Shown here piece after piece: positions 1-10,516 of a stretch of DNA of 64,000 bases (position 1 is its first letter; each line of letters opens with the position of its first letter). This stretch comes from Phoronis australis. Taxonomy: Eukaryota; Animalia; Phoronida. Location of the stretch: assembly GCA_002633005.1 (NCBI GenBank), contig NMRA01000132.1, positions 372,001 through 436,000 on the forward strand, given 5' to 3'. Made by a program: the position numbers and the translations under genes. Below the pieces are notes generated by a model. That model did not search any database and was not told the DNA's origin. It saw only the letters and a program-made list of their open reading frames with translations.

Positions 1-226
1 AGGAATTTTACAGGCACTTCGCCATACAATCAGATATCCTCGCCTGACTACACAGATCCAAAGTAAATAATGCACATATGCTGTGTCTTGCGGGCTCATG
101 CTGACCTTTTGTGCTTTTGGGCATGCGCATTAGAAATGTGAAAGGATGCTGTTTGTCATTTTGAAACACGATTAATTTTATTCTTTTTATTCTTTTCCTG
201 GCTTTTCTTGAGAAACGGAAGACGTT

Positions 227-446
227 CAGGGCTTGGAATGACCCATGAAAAAAAGGAAAATTTTCCAGGCAATGTATCATTCTAGAAAAAGTAGGGTTAT
301 GTGACAGAAATATTTTTGTGTCGTAAAATTTAACTGTATGAAATTTTTTTGGCATGAATAAACTTAAGTCAAAATAATGATTAAGAGATGAAAAAAAGAG
401 GAAACTGGAAATCAAAAAGAGGAAATCCTCAAAATTCTAAGCCCTG
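227..446. mobile_element. MITE with CAGGGCTT(G/A)GAAT TIRs
   Basis: TIRs at both ends; flanks acgtt/atgtt (5-bp TSD with one transition); same family as 4834-5344. Confidence 0.65.
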
Positions 447-1266
447 ATGTTGAACACCTTGCTTTGTTTATGGTATGTTAATCAACGAGACATCAGTGTC
501 TAGCCAATGTTGAGGGGAGGAGCGTAGTCTAACCAAGAATGTCCAGCAATATATCAACTTTCTTCAATGTCTATAAAAGCTGGGTGAATCAAAAACAATA
601 ACCAACTACAGTAAAGTTACGTCAAATTAGAGCACATTATGACGGAATGGTAAAATTTAACTTTGTCCAAATTTTTAACAAGAGTAACCAAGAAGACAAT
701 TTTACGTGATTATTTGAAAACTTTATGGCTGTCATGAGCAAACACACGATGAGATTTTAATCATTTTTGGTAATACAGCGAGCGTTTGAAAAATGGAAAA
801 AATGCCAATTTTGGCCATCATTTTTGTTCTGATTAGAGAAAACCTTACTGTACTTAATACTAGGACATGTCACAGTGGGAAACTGGTATATTTCACCCTA
901 ATCTAATGCAAGTGTCAACAACTGTTGTGACTGGCTGATATTTGTCACATTTCAGGAATTCACAATCCACAAAATATGTTCACAGACGGTAAAATGAATA
1001 TTTTTGCTAGTAAGTCTTGTTACCTCATTGCTTTTACTTGTTCAGGATGGCATCTGGTGCTGCCACCTTGTGCTTATTTGTTCAGTCCCTCTCCCACGTT
1101 TGAAGTTTAATTAAAGTTGAAATGAAGTGGCATGATTTCTCGTTGCCTGGACATTATGAAAAATACTTAAGGCCTCCAGAGAACAAACAAATGAACAGGA
1201 CTGCTTTAGATTTCAATTAATTCAAGATAAAGCAGGCATTACCCCCCCCCCATGTGTGAATCTCAC

Positions 1267-1353
1267 CTTTTGATAACCCCACTCCATCCATCCTGACTGA
1301 GACGCTGAACAGTTGACAAGGACAAGAGAATCAATCATCTTGGGATACTTCAG
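1267..1353 (-). CDS. NDRG: NDRG exon (LKYPKMIDSLVLVNCSASQSGWMEWGYQK); gene continues beyond the left edge
   Basis: LVL-x-N...GWMEW motif; ttgacag acceptor and gtgaga donor; 87 nt, phase 0 to 0. I found no further NDRG exon in 1-1266. Confidence 0.96.
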
Positions 1354-1990
1354 CTGTCAACAGAGAGCAGTTACATCAAACAAATCATCATTCATATTCT
1401 CATCACCATCATCACCATTCACAGACCACAAGGGCATTCTCATTGAAAGTGTCATTTTCTCATCAGTGCATCGATTTTATCATGCGCAACAATTCTTTTC
1501 TCATGTGCTGCAACTCTACTTTTCTCAAAAAGAGCATTACGTTCCAAGCTGTGGTGTACAGACAAATTTTAGTATTAAAATATCAAGAATGTGCCATTAT
1601 CTTTTTCAACAGATGGTAAAAATAGTCATTCTAATTCAGTGACAAATAAGATAAATTGTTGGCAAAGCTGAAACAAATAATCATTATGAAACAGCATGTA
1701 CACGACTTACAAGATCCGATCCTAATGTTCACCGAAAACCTCGTGACCTGGGGTAGTTTATAAGCAGTTTTGCAAACTGAGTTTATATAATATTTAGTGG
1801 TAACTATAGACTCAGAACACCGATTGTCAAGCTGACCTATTGCCACAGGTGCAATCCCAGCCACCAGTACTGAACATGACCAACACTCAAAAAACGCCCA
1901 CTACATGAAGAGAAAACTTCTTTTCCTCGAGCCTATTAGCACCAGCATGACATGGCCAAGTACACTAACAAAGTCTTTGTCTCTACTCAC

Positions 1991-2051
1991 AGCAAACCTC
2001 GCGAGGACATTTGCCCCAGCTCCTACACCAAATCCAATCACTTGCTTCAGC
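1991..2051 (-). CDS. NDRG: NDRG exon (LKQVIGFGVGAGANVLARFA)
   Basis: G-x-G-x-GAGA pseudo-nucleophile elbow of the NDRG alpha/beta-hydrolase fold; ttgtag acceptor and gtgagt donor; 61 nt, phase 2 to 0. Confidence 0.97.
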
Positions 2052-2884
2052 CTACAATGACAACATTGACAACTGTATCAGTAAAGTTCTCACTTTGAAG
2101 ATATTATTAATAAGTAAAAAAGTGCTGACATAAAGTCACATAGTCTTGTTTTCAGTTGATACTGGCTGACATTTAGAAAACCTCATAAACTGTAGAAATT
2201 TCTAATCGTGGACTATGCACCTATTTCAGAGGCGGCTTCTCTGTGTGGAAATTCTTTGTAATTCCAAGAATCATTTTCATTCTTGGTTGATTTTCTGATT
2301 TTTTAGTAACGTGCAAATGTCCTGCGAAATTAACTGACCAACAATGAATTTGAGAGCACCAAAATTCTGAGAAGACTTTTGGTTACGGCGACAGTTCAAA
2401 AATCTCAAAAAGGAATTCACCACACTTATGTCAAGTAAAAATCCTTCAATTTGGGACAAAAACAACTGCAAAAATTGCAATATTTCTGTTTTTCAAAAAT
2501 GTTTACCACACACTTATAAATACGCAGTCTGTAGCACACCCTTGAGAAAGAGCGCATCGCTCGATACGTGGGGATATTTTAATATATTTTAGTACCGACA
2601 CTCGTCATTTTAGTTTTACTAGTTTTACTATTCTATATCAAAATTTTACCAAATGTTGTTTGGTAATAGGAACGCCCTATAAACCATGTCAGAAGCTAAG
2701 CACATTATTCTTGAAAAGTTACTTTTATTGAGAAATTTGTGTCCCAAATTGAAGAATTGGCCACCCCCACATCAGCATTTAGCGCATAATGCAACAACAG
2801 GACTCTAGCAACAGGCGGTCATAATTTGATTACGTTGGCAAAAAGTGAGTATAAGCGCAAGAGTGAGCATGAAACTATCCGAGA

Positions 2885-2952
2885 CTGATAGGTCAGCATG
2901 TCTGATAGGTCAGCATGTCTGATAGGTCAGCATGTCTGATAGGTTAGCATGT
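2885..2952 (+). repeat. 17-bp tandem repeat, 4 copies
   Basis: CTGATAGGTCAGCATGT units. Confidence 0.9.
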
Positions 2953-3459
2953 CGACATAGGAAGAAACTGAAATCTCAAAGCATTAATGCAAATTTTAAT
3001 TCATTGTCACATACGTTCGTGTCATTGTAAATGTCAGCGTGTGTGCAATAACCTTCGGCCCATAACTTCCTTGTAGACTCGGGTTGCGTCATGTATATAT
3101 GCAGCTGACATGGATCAACACGTGCCATGTCAACTTGTACTGTGTCAAGAGTTGATCATGTAAAGACAGCATCTGACACGGTCTCAAACTGACACACCAC
3201 TTATGGTTGACTGTTTACACACTAATGATGCTATCCATTTAGGTGGAGAGTAGTCACAGAACAAGATGATTGCCTAACTTGCACTACTATAAGAGCAAGT
3301 CAATTTGCACGGAGTTAAGTTCCAACAGCAGAAATAGTAGCTGCATGTCCGTTTGTGCCATGTCAGAGATAACATGTAAAAAGCCTGTTAGTCACTACTG
3401 CAAGTAATCAATGAAAGGGGGCATAACGCAGCCTCCATAGGGATTCAACATGGCCTTAC

Positions 3460-3522
3460 TTATAGTGTTCCAAGACAGCAGGAACCATCTCTGATAGCTG
3501 ATCCATGGTTGGGTAAACAAAT
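3460..3522 (-). CDS. NDRG: NDRG exon (FVYPTMDQLSEMVPAVLEHY-K)
   Basis: YP-T/S-MDQL-x-EM motif; tttatag acceptor and gtaagg donor; 63 nt, phase 2 to 2. Confidence 0.96.
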   Translation of the reverse strand: MCLPNHGSAIRDGSCCLGTL

Positions 3523-4157
3523 CTATAAATAGAACAGTCCAATACATTAAATGCACGCAGGGTAAATTAAGATAAACGAGGAAAGTTCAAGACTGACTCA
3601 ACGTTGATTGATTTGTTTTCAGGAAATAACTGTAATGAGTGCAGGATAGGCATATATCTTTGTAGTTGCCTACTTAAAATGCAGATGAAGGAGCACGGAG
3701 TGTGCACATTGCATGCTATATATGAGAACACAACAATGACAAATCAAACTGATTACCATGCAATTGTAAAAGGGCAATGAAATGCTGAAATAGATAAGCT
3801 TTACGCCATGCAGGACACAAAAATTCCCAGTACAGAGTAAATAATGTGAAGGCGATGCAAAAATCATAATTCCCAGAAAAATGCATGCAAACGAGAACAG
3901 GAAATTAACCCAGTTGTACTCAATTCATCTCTACCCAATTACTGCTGTCATTTATTGATTTGGCATTTCACAAGATAATAACACAATCCAATAAGATAGT
4001 ACCAAAAATAACTCAAAGGGAATCATTTCCGCAAGCTTTAATGCTCAGTTATAATACAGTCTGGCGGTCATGAACCACTAACATCCATGCAAAACTGCTA
4101 CTTTGGAGACTTACAGGGTATCAAGCTCAAGGTCATTCTTCAGAGTACTGTCCAGAA

Positions 4158-5430
4158 AAAGAAGAGCAACGCCAATCATTGAAATACATTCTTGACTTCA
4201 CAAAGGGTGTGCTTCTAGGGAAATTTTTCAGTATCATAAAAATAGCAATTAGATGGCGCAGAATAGGTCAAACCCCTCCAAAGGATACTGAGGCAAATGT
4301 AATAAATATTTATAATTGCAACTAAGGGGCACAGTTGTTGTCGGATTGGTTTGAAACTCGTCGTCATCTCTAGAAACACATCTAGTATCAAAATCTCCCA
4401 AAGATCTTTCAAAGGGCTGAGGAGATACAGGCATAGACACAAAAACTCCCACTAGGGTGTTGCAGCAATAGTTTGCAGTCTTCTCATCAAAAACAAATCT
4501 GCCAATTTCTATAATGGTCCATTGAGTGGTTTAGCCGATAGAGAGGTCAACGTCAAAACATCCTTAATAACACTTAAAAATGACTACCAGGTGGCCCTGA
4601 ATACATCTAATACATCCCAAAAGAGAAAACTTCGTTGTCTCCTTAATAGAAACCTATTTGCAAAAATTCATTGAAAATCTATCAAGGGACTGCAAAGGAA
4701 AAGAGGCAAATGTAAAAAACTAAAATGCCACTTGGGGGCAGAGCAGTAACCAAATCAGCCTGAAAACTGTTGCCATCTGTTGCCAGCTTCATAGGAACAC
4801 GCCTTCCAAATTTCATTAAGATCCTGTAAGGTGCAGGGCTTGGAATGACCAATGACAAAAAACGCGGAAACTTTTACGGCCCAAATCATGCCCGATAACC
4901 AGCCTTTGAAATGGTCAATGTGAACCTTTCCGCGACAAAAATCGGCCGGGAGGACTAAAAAAAAAAAAAAAACGTTACCACCATCAGTAGCATGCGTCTG
5001 CGTCCTTTCCGCTCACCCGTCCACTCCCAACCCACACAATTTTGGCTGCAGAGCGGTAGTATTTGTCGCCGCGCTTAACAATAACACGAGCCGCCATTGA
5101 AAATCACACTACGCTTTACCCCGGTGCCCCGGCAATGTTGACAATTTACGTTCCTCCGAAACATAAAGAGCAACTTCCGCTTTCCAAGGTGAACGTCGTC
5201 TGCAACGCCGCGGTAAGAAAGGAATTTGCCGCGAAAATTTCATATCAAATCCGATTTTTTTACGCGGAAATATTATAAAAAAAAGCGGAAAGCACATTTC
5301 AAAAAAGCGGAAATCCGCGTTTCCGCGGAAAATTCCAAGCCCTGAAGGTGCTAAGGCGATACAGCAGCGGACGCCAGATGCCCAGACAGGAGGGCAATAT
5401 ACACCCACAAATGAATATATGGGCGCATAC
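4158..5430 (-). mobile_element. Diverged full-length HINE-like element in an NDRG intron, interrupted by a MITE
   Basis: Minus-strand 5' end TATGCGCCCATATATTC, same internal repeat units, 3' end TTTCAATGATTGGCGTTGCTCTT. Confidence 0.7.
4834..5344. mobile_element. MITE with CAGGGCTTGGAAT TIRs nested in a HINE
   Basis: Perfect 13-bp TIR and 6-bp TSD aaggtg; HINE sequence resumes on both sides. Confidence 0.8.
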
Positions 5431-5719
5431 ACTTAGAAAACAATGAACATCAAAAGACAACTAACTGCACCCGTGTGTACTCTGAGTATAATAACCTGGC
5501 TCAAAGGCATACCTTAATGACAAAATGTACATTTTAAGACAGTCAATGGTTCTAAGATCAAACATGACCACCCCTCTCAAGGGTATTAAGAACTGTTAGT
5601 GACAACAGCATAATATTGTGTATCATCAGGTGAAACAGACAAGCATGCATGTCAAATGGGAATTCTACAATCTAGCAAGCTGATACAAGAATCATGTGAA
5701 TTGGCAAAAGTGGATGTTT

Positions 5720-5803
5720 ACATTGGTATCAACATTGGTATCAACATTGGTATCAACATTGGTATCAACATTGGTATCAACATCGGTGTCCAAACTGGTA
5801 TCC
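5720..5803 (+). repeat. 12-bp tandem repeat, 5 perfect and 2 degenerate copies
   Basis: ACATTGGTATCA units. Confidence 0.9.
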
Positions 5804-6204
5804 ACATGACGCCTATGAACAGTCGATTCACATTAAGAAAGTCTGGTTGTGTTTCAACCATAAATGGGTGATAAAATATTGAGTCGTCCAGTAAGGGAAA
5901 AGATCTGAGATGTCAAATAACAGAATGAAGCTTAACAGAACTGAAGCACTGGACAAAATGCTGTATTCTAAAAATCACTGCACTGAGTCTATTGAGTTTA
6001 CAGTATACCATCTTCAAGATTTCAGAATCCAGCACAAATTTAAGTAATCTAGAGATTAGAGGTTTTAAGTTGAAAACAGCAAAATAGAAAATGACTGTTA
6101 GGTAAATTGTGAGCTCATATGAATCGGTTCCAAGAGATATTACTGTACAAGCGCTCAAAAACATTCTCAATTTAGAAAACTCAACTTGAAGGAGCTTGAT
6201 AGGT

Positions 6205-6490
6205 GAATGCAAAGAAAACCAAAATTGCCACTAGGGGACAGTAGTCGAATAAGTCCCAAAATCCACGTCAGTTGTACTCTCAATAAAAGCACACAACAAA
6301 TTTCATGAAGGCCTGTCAACGATTTTAAGCTACAGAAAACGTAATTGTCACCAGGGGGCACCACAGCAGTCGGACATCTGAAAATCATCGTCAGCCGTAC
6401 TCTTCCCATGAGTTCTGGAGATACAGAAGTGGGCAAAAGGTGACCGGACAGATTGAGGATGACAGCATAATGCGCCCACATTATATGAAA
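6205..6490 (-). mobile_element. HINE-like 5' fragment ~35 bp from an NDRG splice donor
   Basis: GTGGGCGCATTATGCTGTCAT head and two repeat units (CCCCTGGTGAC, CCCCTAGTGGCAATTTT). Confidence 0.6.
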
Positions 6491-6525
6491 AATGATAAGT
6501 TCATAAAGGCACATAAATTACGTAC

Positions 6526-6646
6526 GTATCAGGCAAAGGCGGTGCTCCCTCTTGTTGACCTGGGGCGTTTACATGGTACACGCAGAAGTGTTCCATCAGC
6601 AACTTCATGTCCGGATGATTGAAAAACCCTTGGAAGCACGACACAT
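6526..6646 (-). CDS. NDRG: NDRG exon (VSCFQGFFNHPDMKLLMEHFCVYHVNAPGQQEGAPPLPD-T)
   Basis: HV-N/D-APGQQ-x-GA motif; tttttgtag acceptor and gtacgt donor; 121 nt, phase 1 to 2; lies inside ORF 6501..6704. Confidence 0.97.
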
Positions 6647-7351
6647 CTACAAAAAAGGGCCGCAATCGGATTGGATGAGATAAACTGCTTGAAAAATATT
6701 CCACGCCTTACTGAATAAGATATATTTATACAGACGTAATCGTAGTCAGAAGAGAGATTTTTTAGATTACACATTCTCAAATTTGTGGATCAGTTCCTTC
6801 TGGATGGTCAAAACCACAACAAATGTTGATTTTCATGTAATTTGATAAGACAGTGGGACAATTTCTTCTCTTGAAATTTAACAGTGTACTTTTATTTTGT
6901 TAAATTACACATGGCCAGTTTAACAAGTAACGTAAATGTTGTACTAGACTGCAAGTGTCAAGCCTTCATAATTAAGAAGGCACAGAACATCTGGAAGTAA
7001 ATAATGAATCTATATCACCATCTTGTGTTTCATTGAAAAAAGGTGCTTACTTATGAAACATTTGTAAATGTGTTATCAAATTGTTGGACAACATTGTCAG
7101 TTTGGACACAATTTCTTTTTTTAACTTCAATACCAGAATTAAAATGTTTGGAATAGTATTTCTGTGTTTTACCACCAGATAAGCACTCCTTGATTCAGAA
7201 CTTTGTCTTAAATTAGCGTTACTTCTGGGTTTGAACCCCACATTCTCGGACATTTTGCCATAACAGGGTCAAGTTTCACAGCACGTTAAGAACTGAATCG
7301 CCGACTGAACCAGCAATGGGAAAAAGGACCCTAAGCAAATTAATCACCCAC

Positions 7352-7529
7352 CACCTAGCTGACTATACTTATCAACCCGCAAGCTTTGGTATAGTTGAAA
7401 AACGTCATTTTGTCAATAAAACAAAAAGTGTTTTACCTCTCACCTAGCTGACTATACTTATCAACCCGCAAGCTTTGGTATAGTTGAAAAACGTCATTTT
7501 GTCAATAAAACAAAAAGTGTTTTACCTCT
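7352..7529 (+). repeat. Perfect 89-bp tandem duplication
   Basis: 7352-7440 equals 7441-7529. Confidence 0.9.
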
Positions 7530-8262
7530 CACTTTTACAGACAAAATATGACATTTTTTTTAAAAAAATGGGGGCATAATCCATTGGTGAATACTCATGC
7601 TGAACTATGATGTATTGAGCAGAAAAATACATGCTTCACTTTGTCTGCTTCATCAGCCAAAGCTAGAATACGAGTCTTTACATGGTAAAGATGTCATACA
7701 ACATGTCTGATCATTTCAAAGCACTGTTTCGTGTCTTTCATTTTCCATGAAGAGATGCACATAGTTTTAACATTTCAAGATGTATTTGCGTGTTCTTAAC
7801 TATTTCTATGCATAGCAAGAACTAATCTACAATGCTATTTTAACATAATTTATGCTGAAAAAAGTACAGTTGTATTCATTGAAAACTTATAAATGTGAAA
7901 ACAAAAATTCTGCAAATAGGTGACTTTACACTAATGACGCACCTCACGGGCTCACATAGCCTGCATCACATAGTACTATTCCTCAATTCCACGTCACGAT
8001 ACTTAAATGGACACAGTTCAGTGATTTGCGACAGATCATTTTTGCTACAAAACTCATCTTATACGGTAATTTTCAACCTACTTCATATAAACATCATCAC
8101 TATATGTGGTGTTTCTAACTTGGCTGAAAAATGACAGAGATAAGGAATAAGCCTCGGCTTCAAGTTCCACTTCAAGCAGTTAATTTAGATCAAATTTTTT
8201 TTGTTGTACCCTCTATATTACCTATTCAAAAAATAAAATATAACGACGACTACAATACGCAC

Positions 8263-8362
8263 GGTTCAAGCCCAAATCATGGTAGGTGAGAATGGCTGGT
8301 TTGGATCGATTGCCTTCGACTGCAACATGCATTGAGCCATATTTTGTTTGAATGTTGTCTTC
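8263..8362 (-). CDS. NDRG: NDRG exon (EDNIQTKYGSMHVAVEGNRSKPAILTYHDLGLN-H)
   Basis: Hallmark P-x-ILTYHD-x-GLNH motif; ttttgcag acceptor and gtgcgt donor; 100 nt, phase 0 to 1. Confidence 0.96.
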
Positions 8363-8710
8363 CTGCAAAAATGCAAAATTGAGTTGGTAAGGGTTTTAAT
8401 ATTGAACATACATTATTTGAAGTGCACTTGCAATTAAATACATCAAGCTGGACACTTCAATACTCATAATGTCTCTTGAAATACTGCTTTTTCACACAGT
8501 GGCATATACCATATGTACAATTTAACTAAGTCACAAAAATATAAACTACCGATAAACTAAAACAAAGTGTGGCCTCTTGTCCAAAACTCAACTTCAACAG
8601 AATATTTTCTAGCACGGTGGCAACAAATTGTGATACATAATGAATTGAAGATAATGCTCAAATCAAATACAATTTTCCAAATACTGTAGAGTCACACGAA
8701 TACCCTGTAC

Positions 8711-8812
8711 CTGAATCAGAACTGTATCTGCTAGATTTCCCAACACCATGCGAGGCTTTGTTTCTTCAATGGCAGAATCCACTATGTCGATGTCTCCTAT
8801 TTTCTCAGACAT
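8711..8812 (-). CDS. NDRG: NDRG-family protein, first coding exon (MSEKIGDIDIVDSAIEETKPRMVLGNLADTVLIQ)
   Basis: Acceptor ttttagcag 2 nt before the ATG at 8812 and donor CAG|gtacag. Phase 0 joins in frame to the next NDRG exon. The acidic D-I-D..E-x-KP start resembles vertebrate NDRG N-termini. Confidence 0.8.
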
Positions 8813-9406
8813 GTCTGCTAAAACAAAGCCAGATGGGAAATGGACGCCAGGACTTAATACACTGCTCACTAAGTCTGTATCAGCAAAAACAAAGTGAACG
8901 ATATTGAACAAGTAACTAGAGAGATCAATACTTACATCTTTACCAGTTCATTAACTCGAGTTCACTGTATCCAGTGAATGGCAAGTATCATCCAACTTTG
9001 CTTTATTTTCATTTTTATTTACTGTTTATGTATTTTTAATATTCATGAGGGTCACATCTCTTTAGAGCAATTAGTTTATGACCTAGCACCACATTACACC
9101 GAAGTACTCATCAATAAAAGGGCAAAAGCTTATCAGACTATCTTCAAGGCACGGCCCATACTGAAAGGCTTGTAATTTTCATATTAATTTTTCAGCATGT
9201 GCTCTTTTTGACAAGCTACATGTTAACATTTCATTGATTTGACAGTGTTCATGTTTTTGTATGAGGAACAACTGAGGCTAAACTGTCACTTCCCTTTCCT
9301 GTCAAAAAAAACAAACCAAGTGGTCAGTGTGAGGGTAGAATGACCACTCCACCATTTTTGACCAAGTGCGTTGCTAGGAAGCGAGGATATTCATCCTTTT
9401 AGACAG

Positions 9407-10211
9407 CAGAGCTCGACATAACGAGCTGCAGGTCGCATTTGCGACCTGAAATTTGGAAATGCGAGCTGAGATTTTTGTCAGCTCGTATCAAGTCGCAAAA
9501 TGCGACCTGAAATTTCCAACGAATGCGAGCTGAGTGTTTACACTTCTCAGCAGATATCTGGTAAATATGAAGCAATTCTTTTGTTAATCCGACCGTTATT
9601 TGGTTGTTGCCAAATACAAGTTCAAAAGAACACTAACCGAGAACAGCACTCCTCGATGACTTGTAAGCTAGTCGCGTGAACATGGGACATGCAGAATCGA
9701 TCTTTGACACGTTTCATTGGCTAACATTTTCGGCCACTTTTGCAAATTTCCGGATTCGCCGAATAAAGTTTCGGGCCACTGCATAACAAGCTGGTCAGAC
9801 CTATCAAAATCCCAGATACTTTTTCAACGGACATTTTCTCCCTTTTCACATCGCAAATTTAGCTACTCGAATGCACGAGTCAGTTAGAGAGCACTGATTC
9901 AACTTTCACGTCGGCAACTTGCCTTGCGCTTTAGAGTCTTTCAATGGCGGTCGTGAAGAACAGTAACACCGTACCTGCATGAAGTAACTCAATTTTGCGA
10001 TCTGAAATTTGTGAGCATTTACTGCTGCAGGTAACAGCATAATCTAAACATTTTCTCGATGATCGAAAAAAATCAATTTTGGCGCGTAAAAATGTCGGGA
10101 AATTTTTGCGACCTGGCATTTATGAATGCGAGCTGGATTTTGAAAATGCAACCTGGGATTTTGGCTGGGTCGCAAAATGGGACCTGGCGATTTTAATAGC
10201 GTCGAGCCCTG
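9407..10211. mobile_element. hAT-like non-autonomous element
   Basis: TIR CAG(A/G)GCTCGAC, 5-bp TSD gacag, subterminal GCGACCTG/GCGAGCTG repeats at both ends. Confidence 0.8.
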
Positions 10212-10409
10212 GACAGTCATCACCATAAGAGCTCACCCTTTTAGTGAAACAATACATTTAAAAGGGACGTGTTTGCAGGGGGCCTCTAAGCATGGATTTT
10301 GCTTTCGCAGGAGGTTTTCCCATAGGTTATAAATGCAAAAAATGCTTATTTCTTGATTAAACAATTATTTGCACTGTAGTGAAAGTTTTTACATCATGTT
10401 TGGAAATCT

Positions 10410-10516
10410 TGAGCCATGTTTGAAAAGCTCTGAGCCATGTATGAATAGCTCTGAGCCATGTATGAATAGCTCTGAGCCATGTATGAATAGCTCTGAGCTA
10501 TGCTTGAATAGCTCTG
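10410..10516 (+). repeat. 21-bp tandem repeat, ~5 copies
   Basis: TGAGCCATGTATGAATAGCTC units. Confidence 0.88.

Noticed and set aside
1-1266. Next NDRG exon (expected W-H-x-FG motif)
   Set aside because: No matching minus-strand frame with splice sites; it presumably lies left of the window.
5656-5871. ORF with (INIG)n; likewise 10369-10566 with (SEPCMNS)n
   Set aside because: Translations of intronic minisatellites whose unit lengths are multiples of three.
7220-7315. tRNA gene from A-box-like TGGTTCAGTCGG and B-box GGTTCAAACCC on the minus strand (similar at ~31595-31640)
   Set aside because: No cloverleaf can be folded; at most a decayed SINE head.
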